DNA of 63,090 nucleotides, the filler included. It is 5 parts of 5 records of this genome, joined end to end, with 100 filler letters (N's around TTAATTAATTAA, not from the genome) between each part and the next. Parts side by side here need not be neighbours in the genome. Positions count along the whole stretch, not along the records: positions 43,066 to 55,652 come from SRR31156797_10674; positions 55,753 to 63,090 come from SRR31156797_10683; 3 more parts are not named here. One strand, written 5' to 3'. This document shows, piece after piece, positions 51,926 to 60,839 of the stretch (position 1 is the first letter of the stretch; each line of letters begins with the position of its first letter). Both the position numbers and the translations under genes were made by a program. Below the pieces are notes generated by a model. It saw only the letters and a list, made by a program, of their open reading frames with translations, was not told the origin of the DNA and made no database searches.

Positions 51926-52669
51926 ATGGAACCTTTAATTAGCCTACATAAAATTAATGCCGGTTATAATGGTAAAGCTGTATTAAAAAATATCAACTTG
52001 GATATTTACCCGAATGATTTTATTGGCATTATTGGACCAAACGGAGGAGGTAAATCTACCTTATTAAAGGTGATTCTTGGCGTTCTAAAACCGTTTTCTG
52101 GTAAAATAAGTTTTGAACAAAAAGGTATGCTTAGGCATATAGGTTATTTGCCACAAATGAATGATGTTGATAAAGCTTTTCCTATAAGAGTTTTAGATGT
52201 TGTATTATCCGGTTTGTTAGGAAAAAAAGGTTTAATTGCACGATATCATAGAAAGGATAAAGAAAAAGCCATTGAGCTCTTGGATTTTGTTGGGTTAAAA
52301 GATCTTCAAAACCGGGCGATTGGTCAGTTGTCTGGAGGGCAAATGCAAAGGGTGTATCTTTGTCGGGCTTTAATGAATGATCCTAAATTGTTGATTTTGG
52401 ATGAACCTAATAACTTTGTAGATAAGCATTTTGAATCGGAATTGTACGAGCTTTTAAATGAGTTAAATAAAAAAATGGCCATATTATTGGTTTCTCATGA
52501 TATTGGTACAATTTCCAGTTTTGTTAAGACCATTGCATGTGTGAATGAATATTTGCATTATCATCAATCCAATAAAATATCAGAAGAGATTTTAAAGACG
52601 TACAATTGCCCGATTGAATTAATAACGCATGGTCATGTACCACACAGGGTATTGCATAAGCATTCTTAA
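51926..52669 (+). CDS. Metal ABC transporter ATP-binding protein (ZnuC-like)
   Basis: GPNGGGKST, LSGGQ, LDEP, C-terminal His cluster. Confidence 0.92.
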   Translation: MEPLISLHKINAGYNGKAVLKNINLDIYPNDFIGIIGPNGGGKSTLLKVILGVLKPFSGKISFEQKGMLRHIGYLPQMNDVDKAFPIRVLDVVLSGLLGKKGLIARYHRKDKEKAIELLDFVGLKDLQNRAIGQLSGGQMQRVYLCRALMNDPKLLILDEPNNFVDKHFESELYELLNELNKKMAILLVSHDIGTISSFVKTIACVNEYLHYHQSNKISEEILKTYNCPIELITHGHVPHRVLHKHS

Positions 52670-52674
52670 TATAA

Positions 52675-53502
52675 ATGGAAGACTTTTTTAGCATATTTCA
52701 ATATTCATTTTTTACCAATGCACTGATTGCAGGTGTTCTGACAAGCATAGTTGCTGCCATAGCCGGTACATATATTGTATCCAGAAAAATTGTATTTATA
52801 AGCGGAGGAATAACACATACTTCGTTTGGAGGAATTGGATTAGCTTATTTTCTAGGTTTTAATCCTTTTCTAGGAGCTGCTGTTTTTGCTGTGTTATCTG
52901 CCGTAGGAATTGAGTGGAGTGCATCGAGAGGTAATGTAAGGGAAGATAGTGCAATAGCCATGTTGTGGTCATTAGGAATGGCTATCGGAATTATCTTTGT
53001 GTTTTTAACACCAGGTTATACACCAAATTTAATGAGTTTTTTATTTGGAAATATTCTGACAGTAACTAACTCTGATATAATTTACCTACTGATTTTGACC
53101 ATAATTGTTATAGGGTGTATTATATTATTTTATCGCCCTGTTTTGTATACTTCTTTTAATGAAGAGTATGCAAAAACAACAGGAATTAATACAAAAGTTG
53201 TAAAGTATATTACGGGTGTTTTGGTGGCGCTTTCTATTGTGTTGAGTATTAGAATTGCGGGTATAATTTTGGTATTGTCTCTTTTTACAATCCCGCAAGC
53301 TACATCATTTATTTTTACGCACGATTTTAAACGTATTATCTATAGTTCAGTAATATTTGGATTTGTGGGAGTGTTTACCGGATTATTGGGTTCGTATTAT
53401 TTTAATTTACCATCTGGAGCTGTAATTATTTTCTCTCACATAATAATATGGATCGTTGTAAAACTTATTTTCAAAGTAATTGCTGTTCTGAAAGTAAATT
53501 AA
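52675..53502 (+). CDS. Metal ABC transporter permease (ZnuB-like)
   Basis: GGITHTSFGG, FLFGNIL; many TM helices. Confidence 0.9.
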   Translation: MEDFFSIFQYSFFTNALIAGVLTSIVAAIAGTYIVSRKIVFISGGITHTSFGGIGLAYFLGFNPFLGAAVFAVLSAVGIEWSASRGNVREDSAIAMLWSLGMAIGIIFVFLTPGYTPNLMSFLFGNILTVTNSDIIYLLILTIIVIGCIILFYRPVLYTSFNEEYAKTTGINTKVVKYITGVLVALSIVLSIRIAGIILVLSLFTIPQATSFIFTHDFKRIIYSSVIFGFVGVFTGLLGSYYFNLPSGAVIIFSHIIIWIVVKLIFKVIAVLKVN

Positions 53503-54157
53503 ATAGTGTTTCTCCAATTGCTAAATCAATAGGCGTTGTTATTTTAATGTTTTCTCTGTTCCCTTCTGTTAGGGAAATTGCATTTCCTGCGTACTCAAAT
53601 ACACTCGCATCATCAGTAAAAATTTCCTGATATGGCTGTTTATATGCTTTCGCGATTTCTGTATATTGAAAAACCTGAGGAGTTTGTACCATTTTATACT
53701 GATCTCTCGGTACAGCTATACTTTGATTATTTTCTGTTTTACGAATTGATTCGATGGCATCGGTAACAGGAATAGCACTGCCTGTTCTTTCAGCTGTATT
53801 GAAGCAATTGTCTAAGGTTTGATTGGTAACCAGTGGCCTTACCCCATCGTGGATAGCAACAAGGCATTCTTCGTTAATTTTGTTAAGTCCGTTTTTTACG
53901 CTTTCGTAGCGAGTAGAACCTCCTTGTGCGATTTTTACATCGATGGAAAAATCATATTGATTACATAGTTCATTCCAAAATTGAAATTGAGATTCAGGTA
54001 AAACTAATACTATTGTTCCATTGGGATTATAGTTGTGTAATCTTTCAACAGTATGCATTAAAATAGGTTTTCCACACCATTCTATAAACTGTTTAGGGAT
54101 ATCACTTTGCATTCTGGATCCACTTCCCCCGGCAACAACTATAAAAGCTTTTTTCAT
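53471..54157 (-). CDS. ispD: 2-C-methyl-D-erythritol 4-phosphate cytidylyltransferase
   Basis: AGGSGSRM...PKQF, GGSTRYESV, IHDGVRP, QTPQ, TDD, NIKITT. Confidence 0.93.
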   Translation of the reverse strand: MKKAFIVVAGGSGSRMQSDIPKQFIEWCGKPILMHTVERLHNYNPNGTIVLVLPESQFQFWNELCNQYDFSIDVKIAQGGSTRYESVKNGLNKINEECLVAIHDGVRPLVTNQTLDNCFNTAERTGSAIPVTDAIESIRKTENNQSIAVPRDQYKMVQTPQVFQYTEIAKAYKQPYQEIFTDDASVFEYAGNAISLTEGNRENIKITTPIDLAIGETLFNLLSEQQLL

Positions 54158-54289
54158 TGAAATAAATTTTATTCAAAAGTAATAAATAACAGCAGAAAGA
54201 TTACTCAGATCTCAGCTCTATTCTTAACTTGTAATTATTAGTAAATCGTTTTAAATTGTATTTTTTATAACGTTTAATGAGTTTACATT

Positions 54290-54958
54290 ATGATACCTAA
54301 AGAGATATTTGATTTTTTAGTTGAGTTGAGTGTGAATAATAATAAAGATTGGTTTCATGAGAATAAATCGAAATTTGAGATTGCTAAACAATCATTCGAA
54401 AAGTATGTGGATGGGTTAATTGCAATAATTCATGGTATTGATCCGACTATTGGGCATCCGCATGCAAAAGATTGTATTTTTAGAATCTACAGAGATGTTC
54501 GTTTTTCGAAAAATAAGGAACCATATAAAAACAACTTTGGAGCTTATATAGCACATGGAGGAAGAAAGAGTCCATATGCTGGTTATTATCTTCATATAGA
54601 ACCAGACAATAGTTTTTTAGGAGGAGGAATTTATTGTCCTCAACCTAATGTTCTAAAAGGTGTAAGGGAAAATATTTTGGATAATGCCAATGAATATCTA
54701 TCAATCATTGATGACGAAAAGTTTAAAAAGGTCTTTCCTGAAATATGGGGAGATAAACTTAAAACTGCACCCAAAGGATTTTCAAAAGAAGATCCAAATA
54801 TTCATTTGATTAGAAATAAATCATTTGTGTTAATGCAAAACTTATCTGATAAAGAAATTCAGTCAAAGAATTTTGAAGAAAAGATGATACACGCTTTTGG
54901 TTTGATGAAGCCATTTAATGATTTTATAAATTTAGCAGTGAAACATGTGCTATCGTAA
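54290..54958 (+). CDS. DUF2461 family protein
   Basis: NNNKDWF, IFRIYRDVRFSKNKEPYK, LKTAPKGF. Confidence 0.9.
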   Translation: MIPKEIFDFLVELSVNNNKDWFHENKSKFEIAKQSFEKYVDGLIAIIHGIDPTIGHPHAKDCIFRIYRDVRFSKNKEPYKNNFGAYIAHGGRKSPYAGYYLHIEPDNSFLGGGIYCPQPNVLKGVRENILDNANEYLSIIDDEKFKKVFPEIWGDKLKTAPKGFSKEDPNIHLIRNKSFVLMQNLSDKEIQSKNFEEKMIHAFGLMKPFNDFINLAVKHVLS

Positions 54959-54971
54959 AAAAAGATCTGAA

Positions 54972-55652
54972 TTAAAAAGGAAAATCCTCTTTTAATGGTT
55001 TGTGAAGACTTTCTGATTCTTCAGGCTTGCTGGCCATAATATGTTGTGGATTGCCTTCAATGTAAATAGCTTTATGCGGGTACTCAACAGGGCAGGGGTG
55101 TTCGCATGCACCGCAGCCTATGCATATTTCTTGATTTACCTCTGGAATCACAAGTCCATTTTTATATGGAACCATTTGTACAGCTTTAGTTGGGCAATGT
55201 TCAGAACATGCTCCGCAATCTGTTTGTTCCCGGTAAACAACACAATCTTGTTGAACAAAGACCGCTTTTCCAATTTGGGTTAACTGTTTCTTCTCAATGT
55301 CTAAGGGAAGAATAGCTCCAGTTGGACAGATTTCACTGCATCGATTACAGTCGAAGTTACAGAAGCCAATATTTGCATAATCCATATGTGGTTGCATAAA
55401 TCCAATTATACCATATTCTTTAACCGCTGGCTGTAGTACGTTTGTCGGGCATGTTGAAATGCATAAGCCACATGCAGTGCAGATGCTGTTGAATCGACTA
55501 ATGTTCTCAGATCCTGGAGGTGAAATTGGGTTTTTACGAATGGATAATTTATAGTTAGAATTTGTATCTGTATTGAAAATCGTGTCTGATTGTGCTAATA
55601 TGGTTGAGCTTGCCGTAATTGTTACTAACCCGAGTTCGATTCTAAAAAAGAG
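54972..55652 (-). CDS. 4Fe-4S dicluster (MauM/NapF-type) ferredoxin protein, 5'-truncated at the contig end
   Basis: Frame is open to the linker: PISPPGS...CTACGLCISTCP...CNFDCNRCSEICP...CGACSEHCP...CIGCGACEHPCP. Confidence 0.88.
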   Translation of the reverse strand, partial: LFFRIELGLVTITASSTILAQSDTIFNTDTNSNYKLSIRKNPISPPGSENISRFNSICTACGLCISTCPTNVLQPAVKEYGIIGFMQPHMDYANIGFCNFDCNRCSEICPTGAILPLDIEKKQLTQIGKAVFVQQDCVVYREQTDCGACSEHCPTKAVQMVPYKNGLVIPEVNQEICIGCGACEHPCPVEYPHKAIYIEGNPQHIMASKPEESESLHKPLKEDFPF

Positions 55653-55752
55653 NNNNNNNNNNNNNNNNNNNNNNNNNNNNNNNNNNNNNNNNNNNNTTAA
55701 TTAATTAANNNNNNNNNNNNNNNNNNNNNNNNNNNNNNNNNNNNNNNNNNNN
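55653..55752. other. Artificial contig linker
   Basis: N44-TTAATTAATTAA-N44. Confidence 0.98.
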
Positions 55753-55782
55753 TGATTTTCTATGTGCGAAAGTTGAGTTATT

Positions 55783-56736
55783 ATGTTAAACAGACCATCC
55801 GCAATAAAAAGAAAATTTCTTAATTATCTTCAATCCTTTATAGTGATCTTTGGAACAGCAATTTTAATTGCTATTGCCGCAGCTTTAATTTATGGGAGTA
55901 TGGGTGTTATTTTAGCTTTAACATTGTGGTTTTTATTGATCATTTTGATTCCAATAGTTAATCCTAGGTCTGTACTTAAAATATATAAAGCAAAAAAGCT
56001 TAGTTATGACCAAGTACCAGCTTTATATGAGATGATCTATTCCTTATCTAAAAAAGCAAAACTTGAATACCCTCCAAAACTCTTTTATATTCAAAGTGAT
56101 TCATCATTAGCATTTTCTACAGGGACAAAAGGTGATAGTGTGATCGCTTTATCTGATGCTCTTTTTAAAATATTAAATAAAGAGGAGATCTATGGAGTAT
56201 TAGCTCATGAGATAAGTCATATTAAAAATAATGATATATGGTTGATGCAGATCACAGATACAGCAAGTAAAGTGGCAAGTTTAGTAGCCTATACTGGACA
56301 AATATTATTACTTTTATTGGTACCATTTATTGATATTTTTAATCTATCTTTTTGGGTCACACTTTTAGTTTTTGTACTTATCCCTCCTTTTTCTATTTTG
56401 ATGCAGTTATCCCTTTCAAGAATAAGAGAGTATGGAGCAGATTTGGACTCAGCGATATTAACACAAAATCCAAGGTTTTTAATATCGGCTCTTAAAAAGC
56501 TTGATTATATAGAAGAGAATATTTTCAATCAACTTTTTAACCCTTTTTCAAAATCATCTGAGCCCTCCATTTTGCGAACACATCCATCAACAAAAAAAAG
56601 GATACAAAGGTTAGAAGAACTAAGCTCTTTAGAATATCCTCTTGATAACTTATACAATAAAGAGAATTTGTTTTTTAAAGAGATACCAATGCAAAGTAGA
56701 ACCCCTAAAAGGAGATACTTTCATTGGTATTATTAA
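55783..56736 (+). CDS. HtpX-like M48 zinc metalloprotease
   Basis: GVLAHEISH, SRIREYGAD, LRTHP; TM helices. Confidence 0.9.
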   Translation: MLNRPSAIKRKFLNYLQSFIVIFGTAILIAIAAALIYGSMGVILALTLWFLLIILIPIVNPRSVLKIYKAKKLSYDQVPALYEMIYSLSKKAKLEYPPKLFYIQSDSSLAFSTGTKGDSVIALSDALFKILNKEEIYGVLAHEISHIKNNDIWLMQITDTASKVASLVAYTGQILLLLLVPFIDIFNLSFWVTLLVFVLIPPFSILMQLSLSRIREYGADLDSAILTQNPRFLISALKKLDYIEENIFNQLFNPFSKSSEPSILRTHPSTKKRIQRLEELSSLEYPLDNLYNKENLFFKEIPMQSRTPKRRYFHWYY

Positions 56737-57601
56737 GAGTTTTCTTTTTTTGATCAAGGTATTTATTATATTGACTCATAGAGATTAATAAAAACCCAAT
56801 AGCTAGTAAAAGATATACAGCATATAAAATATCTTTATAATCACTAATTGCTATTTTAAATACCATCATTAAAGCCTCAATAGCTAAAGCTATAATAATA
56901 GATATCATAAATTTAATCAAAAGGTTACTACCCCCATGAGCTTCACTACTATGCTCTTTAAAAATCACTTCATGCTCTAAAAGATTTTTTGCAAGATCAA
57001 AGATCGCAAGACCAAGGGTAAGAGCAATGGTTGACTTGAAGATTGAATGAAATATATTGGATGATTCGATAAATAATATATTCCAAAAGTCGTAGATTGC
57101 ATAAAAAACTAAGATGAGTGCAAACAGAGTAAGACTTATCCCAATGATCCCATAAATAACTTGAACACTTTGGATAAAGAGTTTTGTTTTAAAGCTAGTA
57201 TGTTCAAACTCATTGAGTAGTTTAAAAAGGTCAAAATCTAAAGCGATCAAACGATCATCGATCTTTTTAACAAAGGTGATGATATATTTATTGGTTTTTT
57301 GTGAGATATAAGGACTACTGATAAAATACTCTTTATTCTCTATATTAATGTTATTTTTTAGTTTTCTTTTTATCTTATCATCAATTAATTCTCCATTTTT
57401 CATATCACGATTAAAAATAGGGGAGAGTTGAAGATAGTTTTTATCAACTGCATAGATGGTTTCTAAAGCATGAAAATGAGTAAAGACTTCATCTAAGTTT
57501 TCACTTTTTATATGTTTAAGTTTATTGTTGTGTAGTTTTTCTAAAAGTTTATTGACTATATCTGTTTTATTTTGTTGAAAAATATTGATCAACTCTTTCA
57601 A
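56705..57601 (-). CDS. PDC/Cache sensor domain plus 4-TM protein (Campylobacterota PglG-like)
   Basis: YFISSPYIS, TLGLAIFDLAK, IIIALAIEALMMVFK; TTG start with GGAGG SD. Confidence 0.7.
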   Translation of the reverse strand: MKELINIFQQNKTDIVNKLLEKLHNNKLKHIKSENLDEVFTHFHALETIYAVDKNYLQLSPIFNRDMKNGELIDDKIKRKLKNNINIENKEYFISSPYISQKTNKYIITFVKKIDDRLIALDFDLFKLLNEFEHTSFKTKLFIQSVQVIYGIIGISLTLFALILVFYAIYDFWNILFIESSNIFHSIFKSTIALTLGLAIFDLAKNLLEHEVIFKEHSSEAHGGSNLLIKFMISIIIALAIEALMMVFKIAISDYKDILYAVYLLLAIGFLLISMSQYNKYLDQKKKTLNNTNESISF

Positions 57602-57644
57602 TGAATATCCTCCAAACTAAAATGTAAATATTTTAATATTAAGT

Positions 57645-57666
57645 GAAAAGGAGGGGAGACCCTCCT
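57645..57666 (-). terminator. Hairpin, probable terminator of a short minus-strand transcript
   Basis: Minus strand AGGAGGG-TCTC-CCCTCCT-TTTC. Confidence 0.55.
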
Positions 57667-57853
57667 AATATCTAAAAGAGAACTCAAAGTGAGTGCTAAA
57701 AAGTTTAATCTCTTTTAGAAAATTGAAAAAATTTTGTAGAAAGATGTTTTATAACATTGCCCTCCTTATATTGTTAATATAAAAAGTCACTTTAGTTTTT
57801 TATACTAAAGTTATTGAAATTATAAAGCAAAAAATTAAAAATACTTTTAAAAA

Positions 57854-57880
57854 TTAGCACTAATATCTATAGAGTGCTAA
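57854..57880. promoter_or_regulatory. CIRCE element (HrcA operator)
   Basis: TTAGCACTA-ATATCTATA-GAGTGCTAA versus consensus TTAGCACTC-N9-GAGTGCTAA (one mismatch). Confidence 0.8.
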
Positions 57881-57891
57881 TTTATAAAGAT

Positions 57892-57966
57892 AAAAAAAGG
57901 TCTCACAAAAACTTGTGAGACCTTTGAAACTTAACTTTTGAAAGAAACACACCTAACGTTTCCATC
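57892..57966 (-). ncRNA. Candidate ~75-nt small RNA
   Basis: TATAAT at 57978-57973 with T-rich upstream sequence; 13-bp stem AAAGGTCTCACAA/TTGTGAGACCTTT and U-run. Confidence 0.5.
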
Positions 57967-58042
57967 AGATTAATTATAAAATAAAAAAGATAAAATAAAA
58001 GTAAAATTTTTTGAATACTTTGAATTTGTGAGACTATAGTAA

Positions 58043-58073
58043 TATCCCTCTTTAATAAGGGATAGATTATAAT
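58043..58073 (+). promoter_or_regulatory. Promoter -10 with an upstream palindrome
   Basis: TATCCCT-N8-AGGGATA (58043-58064), then TATAAT at 58068-58073; SD AAGGA before the ATG at 58098. Confidence 0.5.
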
Positions 58074-58097
58074 TGGTATTGAAATAAGGAAACGTAG

Positions 58098-58529
58098 ATG
58101 TTTGAAAAGTTTTTTAGAAGCAAAAAAGAGAAAAAAGAGATAGAGTTAAAAACCTTGGCTTTTTTTCAGTTCTCAAAATCTATTGGAGCGATAAAAACCC
58201 AAAAAGTAGAGCAGATAAGCATAGCTGAACTATTGCTACAAGGGTTTATATTTTTAGAAACGGAGCGAGTTGTAAGTCATAAAGATGAGAAAAAATTTCT
58301 TATTTTTATGGATCAGTATAATCGTTTTTTAGAGTATTGTTTGGGAAAAAAACTTGTAAAAAAAGATGAATACCAAAAGATAGAAAAACTCAACTTAATC
58401 AAAGTACCTGATATGTCTCATATAAAAGTGCCAGATATCTCTAAAGAACTTAAAGAGATGGATATCGATCTTGATCAATTATCACAAATCTTTTCACATA
58501 TGGATCTTAGTAAAACAAATGGCAAATAA
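58098..58529 (+). CDS. Hypothetical protein
   Basis: SD AAGGA; 143 aa; internal repeat IKVPDMSH/IKVPDISK. Confidence 0.65.
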   Translation: MFEKFFRSKKEKKEIELKTLAFFQFSKSIGAIKTQKVEQISIAELLLQGFIFLETERVVSHKDEKKFLIFMDQYNRFLEYCLGKKLVKKDEYQKIEKLNLIKVPDMSHIKVPDISKELKEMDIDLDQLSQIFSHMDLSKTNGK

Positions 58530-59235
58530 GATTTATCCTTTAAGTCATGAGAATATCTTAGATCACAACTTTATGGAAAGTTTTATCTATCCAAATAAGG
58601 AACTTCACTATTATTTTAGTGAAAGTTTTGATGAGAAATTTTATATAGATCTCGCATTAAAAGGTTTTATCTCTATATGGTATCAAGAGGGTGAAAAAGA
58701 GTATTTACTCCCTGAGATACAATTTGAGTATGCTATTTTAGATTTTGAGAATCTTCATATCTCTAAAAAAGTAAAAAAGCTTTTAAAACAAACAGATTAT
58801 CAGGTATTTGTTGATACTAACTTTGATGAGGTGATAGAGTTTTTAAAAATATATCATGACTCTTCTTGGATCCAAGGGGAATATATAGAACTTTTAAAAA
58901 GATTACAATCTACACACTATAAAAAAGAGCTTTTTTCACTCAAAGTTTTTGGGATAAAAGATATGTCGAGCAATAAAATAATTGCAGCAGAACTTGGATA
59001 TAGTACTTATGGGGATAAAATATATACTAGTTTAAGTGGGTTTAGTTTAAAAGAGAAACAATATAATAACTATGGAACACTTCAAATGGTATTATTAGCA
59101 CAATATTTAGAGCAAAATAAGTATCAATTTTGGAATTTAGGACACCCATATATGGAGTATAAAATAGGTTTAGGTGCAGTAGTTGTCTCAAGAGAAGAGT
59201 TTTTACAGCGTTTAAAAACTACTTATAAAATTTAA
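58519..59235 (+). CDS. Leucyl/phenylalanyl-tRNA-protein transferase-like (GNAT-fold) protein
   Basis: LHISKKVKK, FDEVI, SWI, IAAELGY, YTSLSGF, GTLQM, YKIGLGA; probable start MANKIYP overlapping the upstream stop. Confidence 0.7.
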   Translation: MANKIYPLSHENILDHNFMESFIYPNKELHYYFSESFDEKFYIDLALKGFISIWYQEGEKEYLLPEIQFEYAILDFENLHISKKVKKLLKQTDYQVFVDTNFDEVIEFLKIYHDSSWIQGEYIELLKRLQSTHYKKELFSLKVFGIKDMSSNKIIAAELGYSTYGDKIYTSLSGFSLKEKQYNNYGTLQMVLLAQYLEQNKYQFWNLGHPYMEYKIGLGAVVVSREEFLQRLKTTYKI

Positions 59236-59306
59236 GTTTAGTTTGATTGATATAATAGTAAATAAATAGTAAAATAAAATTAACTTACAATCCAAAAGGA
59301 TAAAAA

Positions 59307-60224
59307 ATGATAAATATTCTACTTGTTGATGATATGGATGGAAACCTTACTATTTTAGAGTATCTGATTGCTGAATATATGAAAAGTAGAAATATTGAAA
59401 ACTATCATATCGCAGCTCACACTGACCCAGCAAAAGCTTTACAACTTGTTCAAAACAGCAAAATTGATATTATTTTTTTAGATGTGATGATGCCTTATAT
59501 GAATGGATTTGAATTTTTACAAATTGTAAGAAATGATCCAACAGCAAATCAACCTATCGTGGTGATGGTTACTGCTTTACAAGGAAAGAAATCAAAAGAG
59601 AAAAATCAAGCATTTGGTGCAAATGCCTATATAATTAAACCTATAAAAGCTGAGATTGTGAGTATGATGTTGGATCGATATATAGAGATATTAAAAAGAA
59701 ATGAATTTAATGTGCATGAAACTTTTGAGTTTCAACAAAATGTTGAAAAAAAAGAGACACAAGAAGATGAAGAGAATGATGAAGAAATCGATAGTCAAAA
59801 GTTTTATGAAAAATGTAATGAAGAAGATATAGAAGATACTTTAGAAGATATAAATAATACTATATTTAGGGTTTTTGATTGCGCAGATGAATCTTTATCT
59901 AAAGTAAATATTGATCTAGTCCAAGAGATGAACAATATTATCTTGATCTTCAAAGCATATCAAAATCTTTTTGCAAATTTTGAGGAGTTAGAAGATATCC
60001 GCTTTTTAATTGGAAACTTTAAACTATTGTTTGAAAAATACAATATTGAGTGTGTTGATACACAAAGTCAAGAAAAGATTACTATCTTGCTAAAATCAAT
60101 GATCATTGCACTTTTAAAATACAAACAAAAAGTTTTTATTGACCAAACAGAAGAAAATATTGGATATATAAAAATAGAACTAGAGAATAAACATAAACAA
60201 ATAGATCAAATATTAGCAGCTTAA
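59307..60224 (+). CDS. Response regulator receiver protein with an uncharacterised C-terminal helical domain
   Basis: ILLVDD, FLDVMMP, VTA, YIIKPI; SD AAGGA. Confidence 0.85.
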   Translation: MINILLVDDMDGNLTILEYLIAEYMKSRNIENYHIAAHTDPAKALQLVQNSKIDIIFLDVMMPYMNGFEFLQIVRNDPTANQPIVVMVTALQGKKSKEKNQAFGANAYIIKPIKAEIVSMMLDRYIEILKRNEFNVHETFEFQQNVEKKETQEDEENDEEIDSQKFYEKCNEEDIEDTLEDINNTIFRVFDCADESLSKVNIDLVQEMNNIILIFKAYQNLFANFEELEDIRFLIGNFKLLFEKYNIECVDTQSQEKITILLKSMIIALLKYKQKVFIDQTEENIGYIKIELENKHKQIDQILAA

Positions 60225-60259
60225 TTTATATGGGTGTAATCTAGATAAGGTTACAATAG

Positions 60260-60745
60260 GTGATGATAACTAAAGAAACACTAGATCAATTAATCATCAA
60301 AGATGAAATCATTCAATATACTACTTCATATGTATTATATTATCAGATTGCATTAGGAAGAAATGTATATGAAACTTTCCATGATGAAGATCTCGCTAGA
60401 GCAAAACTACTAGAGTTAAATTTAACTCTTGAACCTACTGAAGTAATCTCAAAGGTTTTAGAGACTGCTTTTGAAAACCTAGGTTATGATAATTTAGATA
60501 CTCCTTTAAAACAAAAAGCACTATTACATTCACTAGAAGACTTTACAACACATGATGATAGCTTGATTAATAAACAAAACTACATTGAATTAAAAAAGAA
60601 ACTTATTTTAGAAGAGAATTTTTTTGATAGTGGAATGAAGATGCAATTTTTGCAAGAGTATCCTAAAATGTTCTCACACTATTCTAAACTAATCACTGAT
60701 GAATATATCAAGCAACTTAAACAAATAATCTTAGATAATTTTTAA
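60260..60745 (+). CDS. Hypothetical protein
   Basis: 161 aa ORF filling the gap between plus-strand genes. Confidence 0.65.
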   Translation: MMITKETLDQLIIKDEIIQYTTSYVLYYQIALGRNVYETFHDEDLARAKLLELNLTLEPTEVISKVLETAFENLGYDNLDTPLKQKALLHSLEDFTTHDDSLINKQNYIELKKKLILEENFFDSGMKMQFLQEYPKMFSHYSKLITDEYIKQLKQIILDNF

Positions 60746-60839
60746 TATTTTCCAAAGGGAAAAAGAGTAAAACTTATATATCTAAATATAAAATTTACTT
60801 TCTAGAGTAAAAAGTATTTTATTTCAAAAGAGGTCTATT

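Noticed and set aside
53471-53502. 32-bp 3' overlaps of convergent genes (znuB-like/ispD; also htpX-like/pglG-like at 56705-56736)
   Set aside because: Short convergent overlaps are common and need no special explanation.
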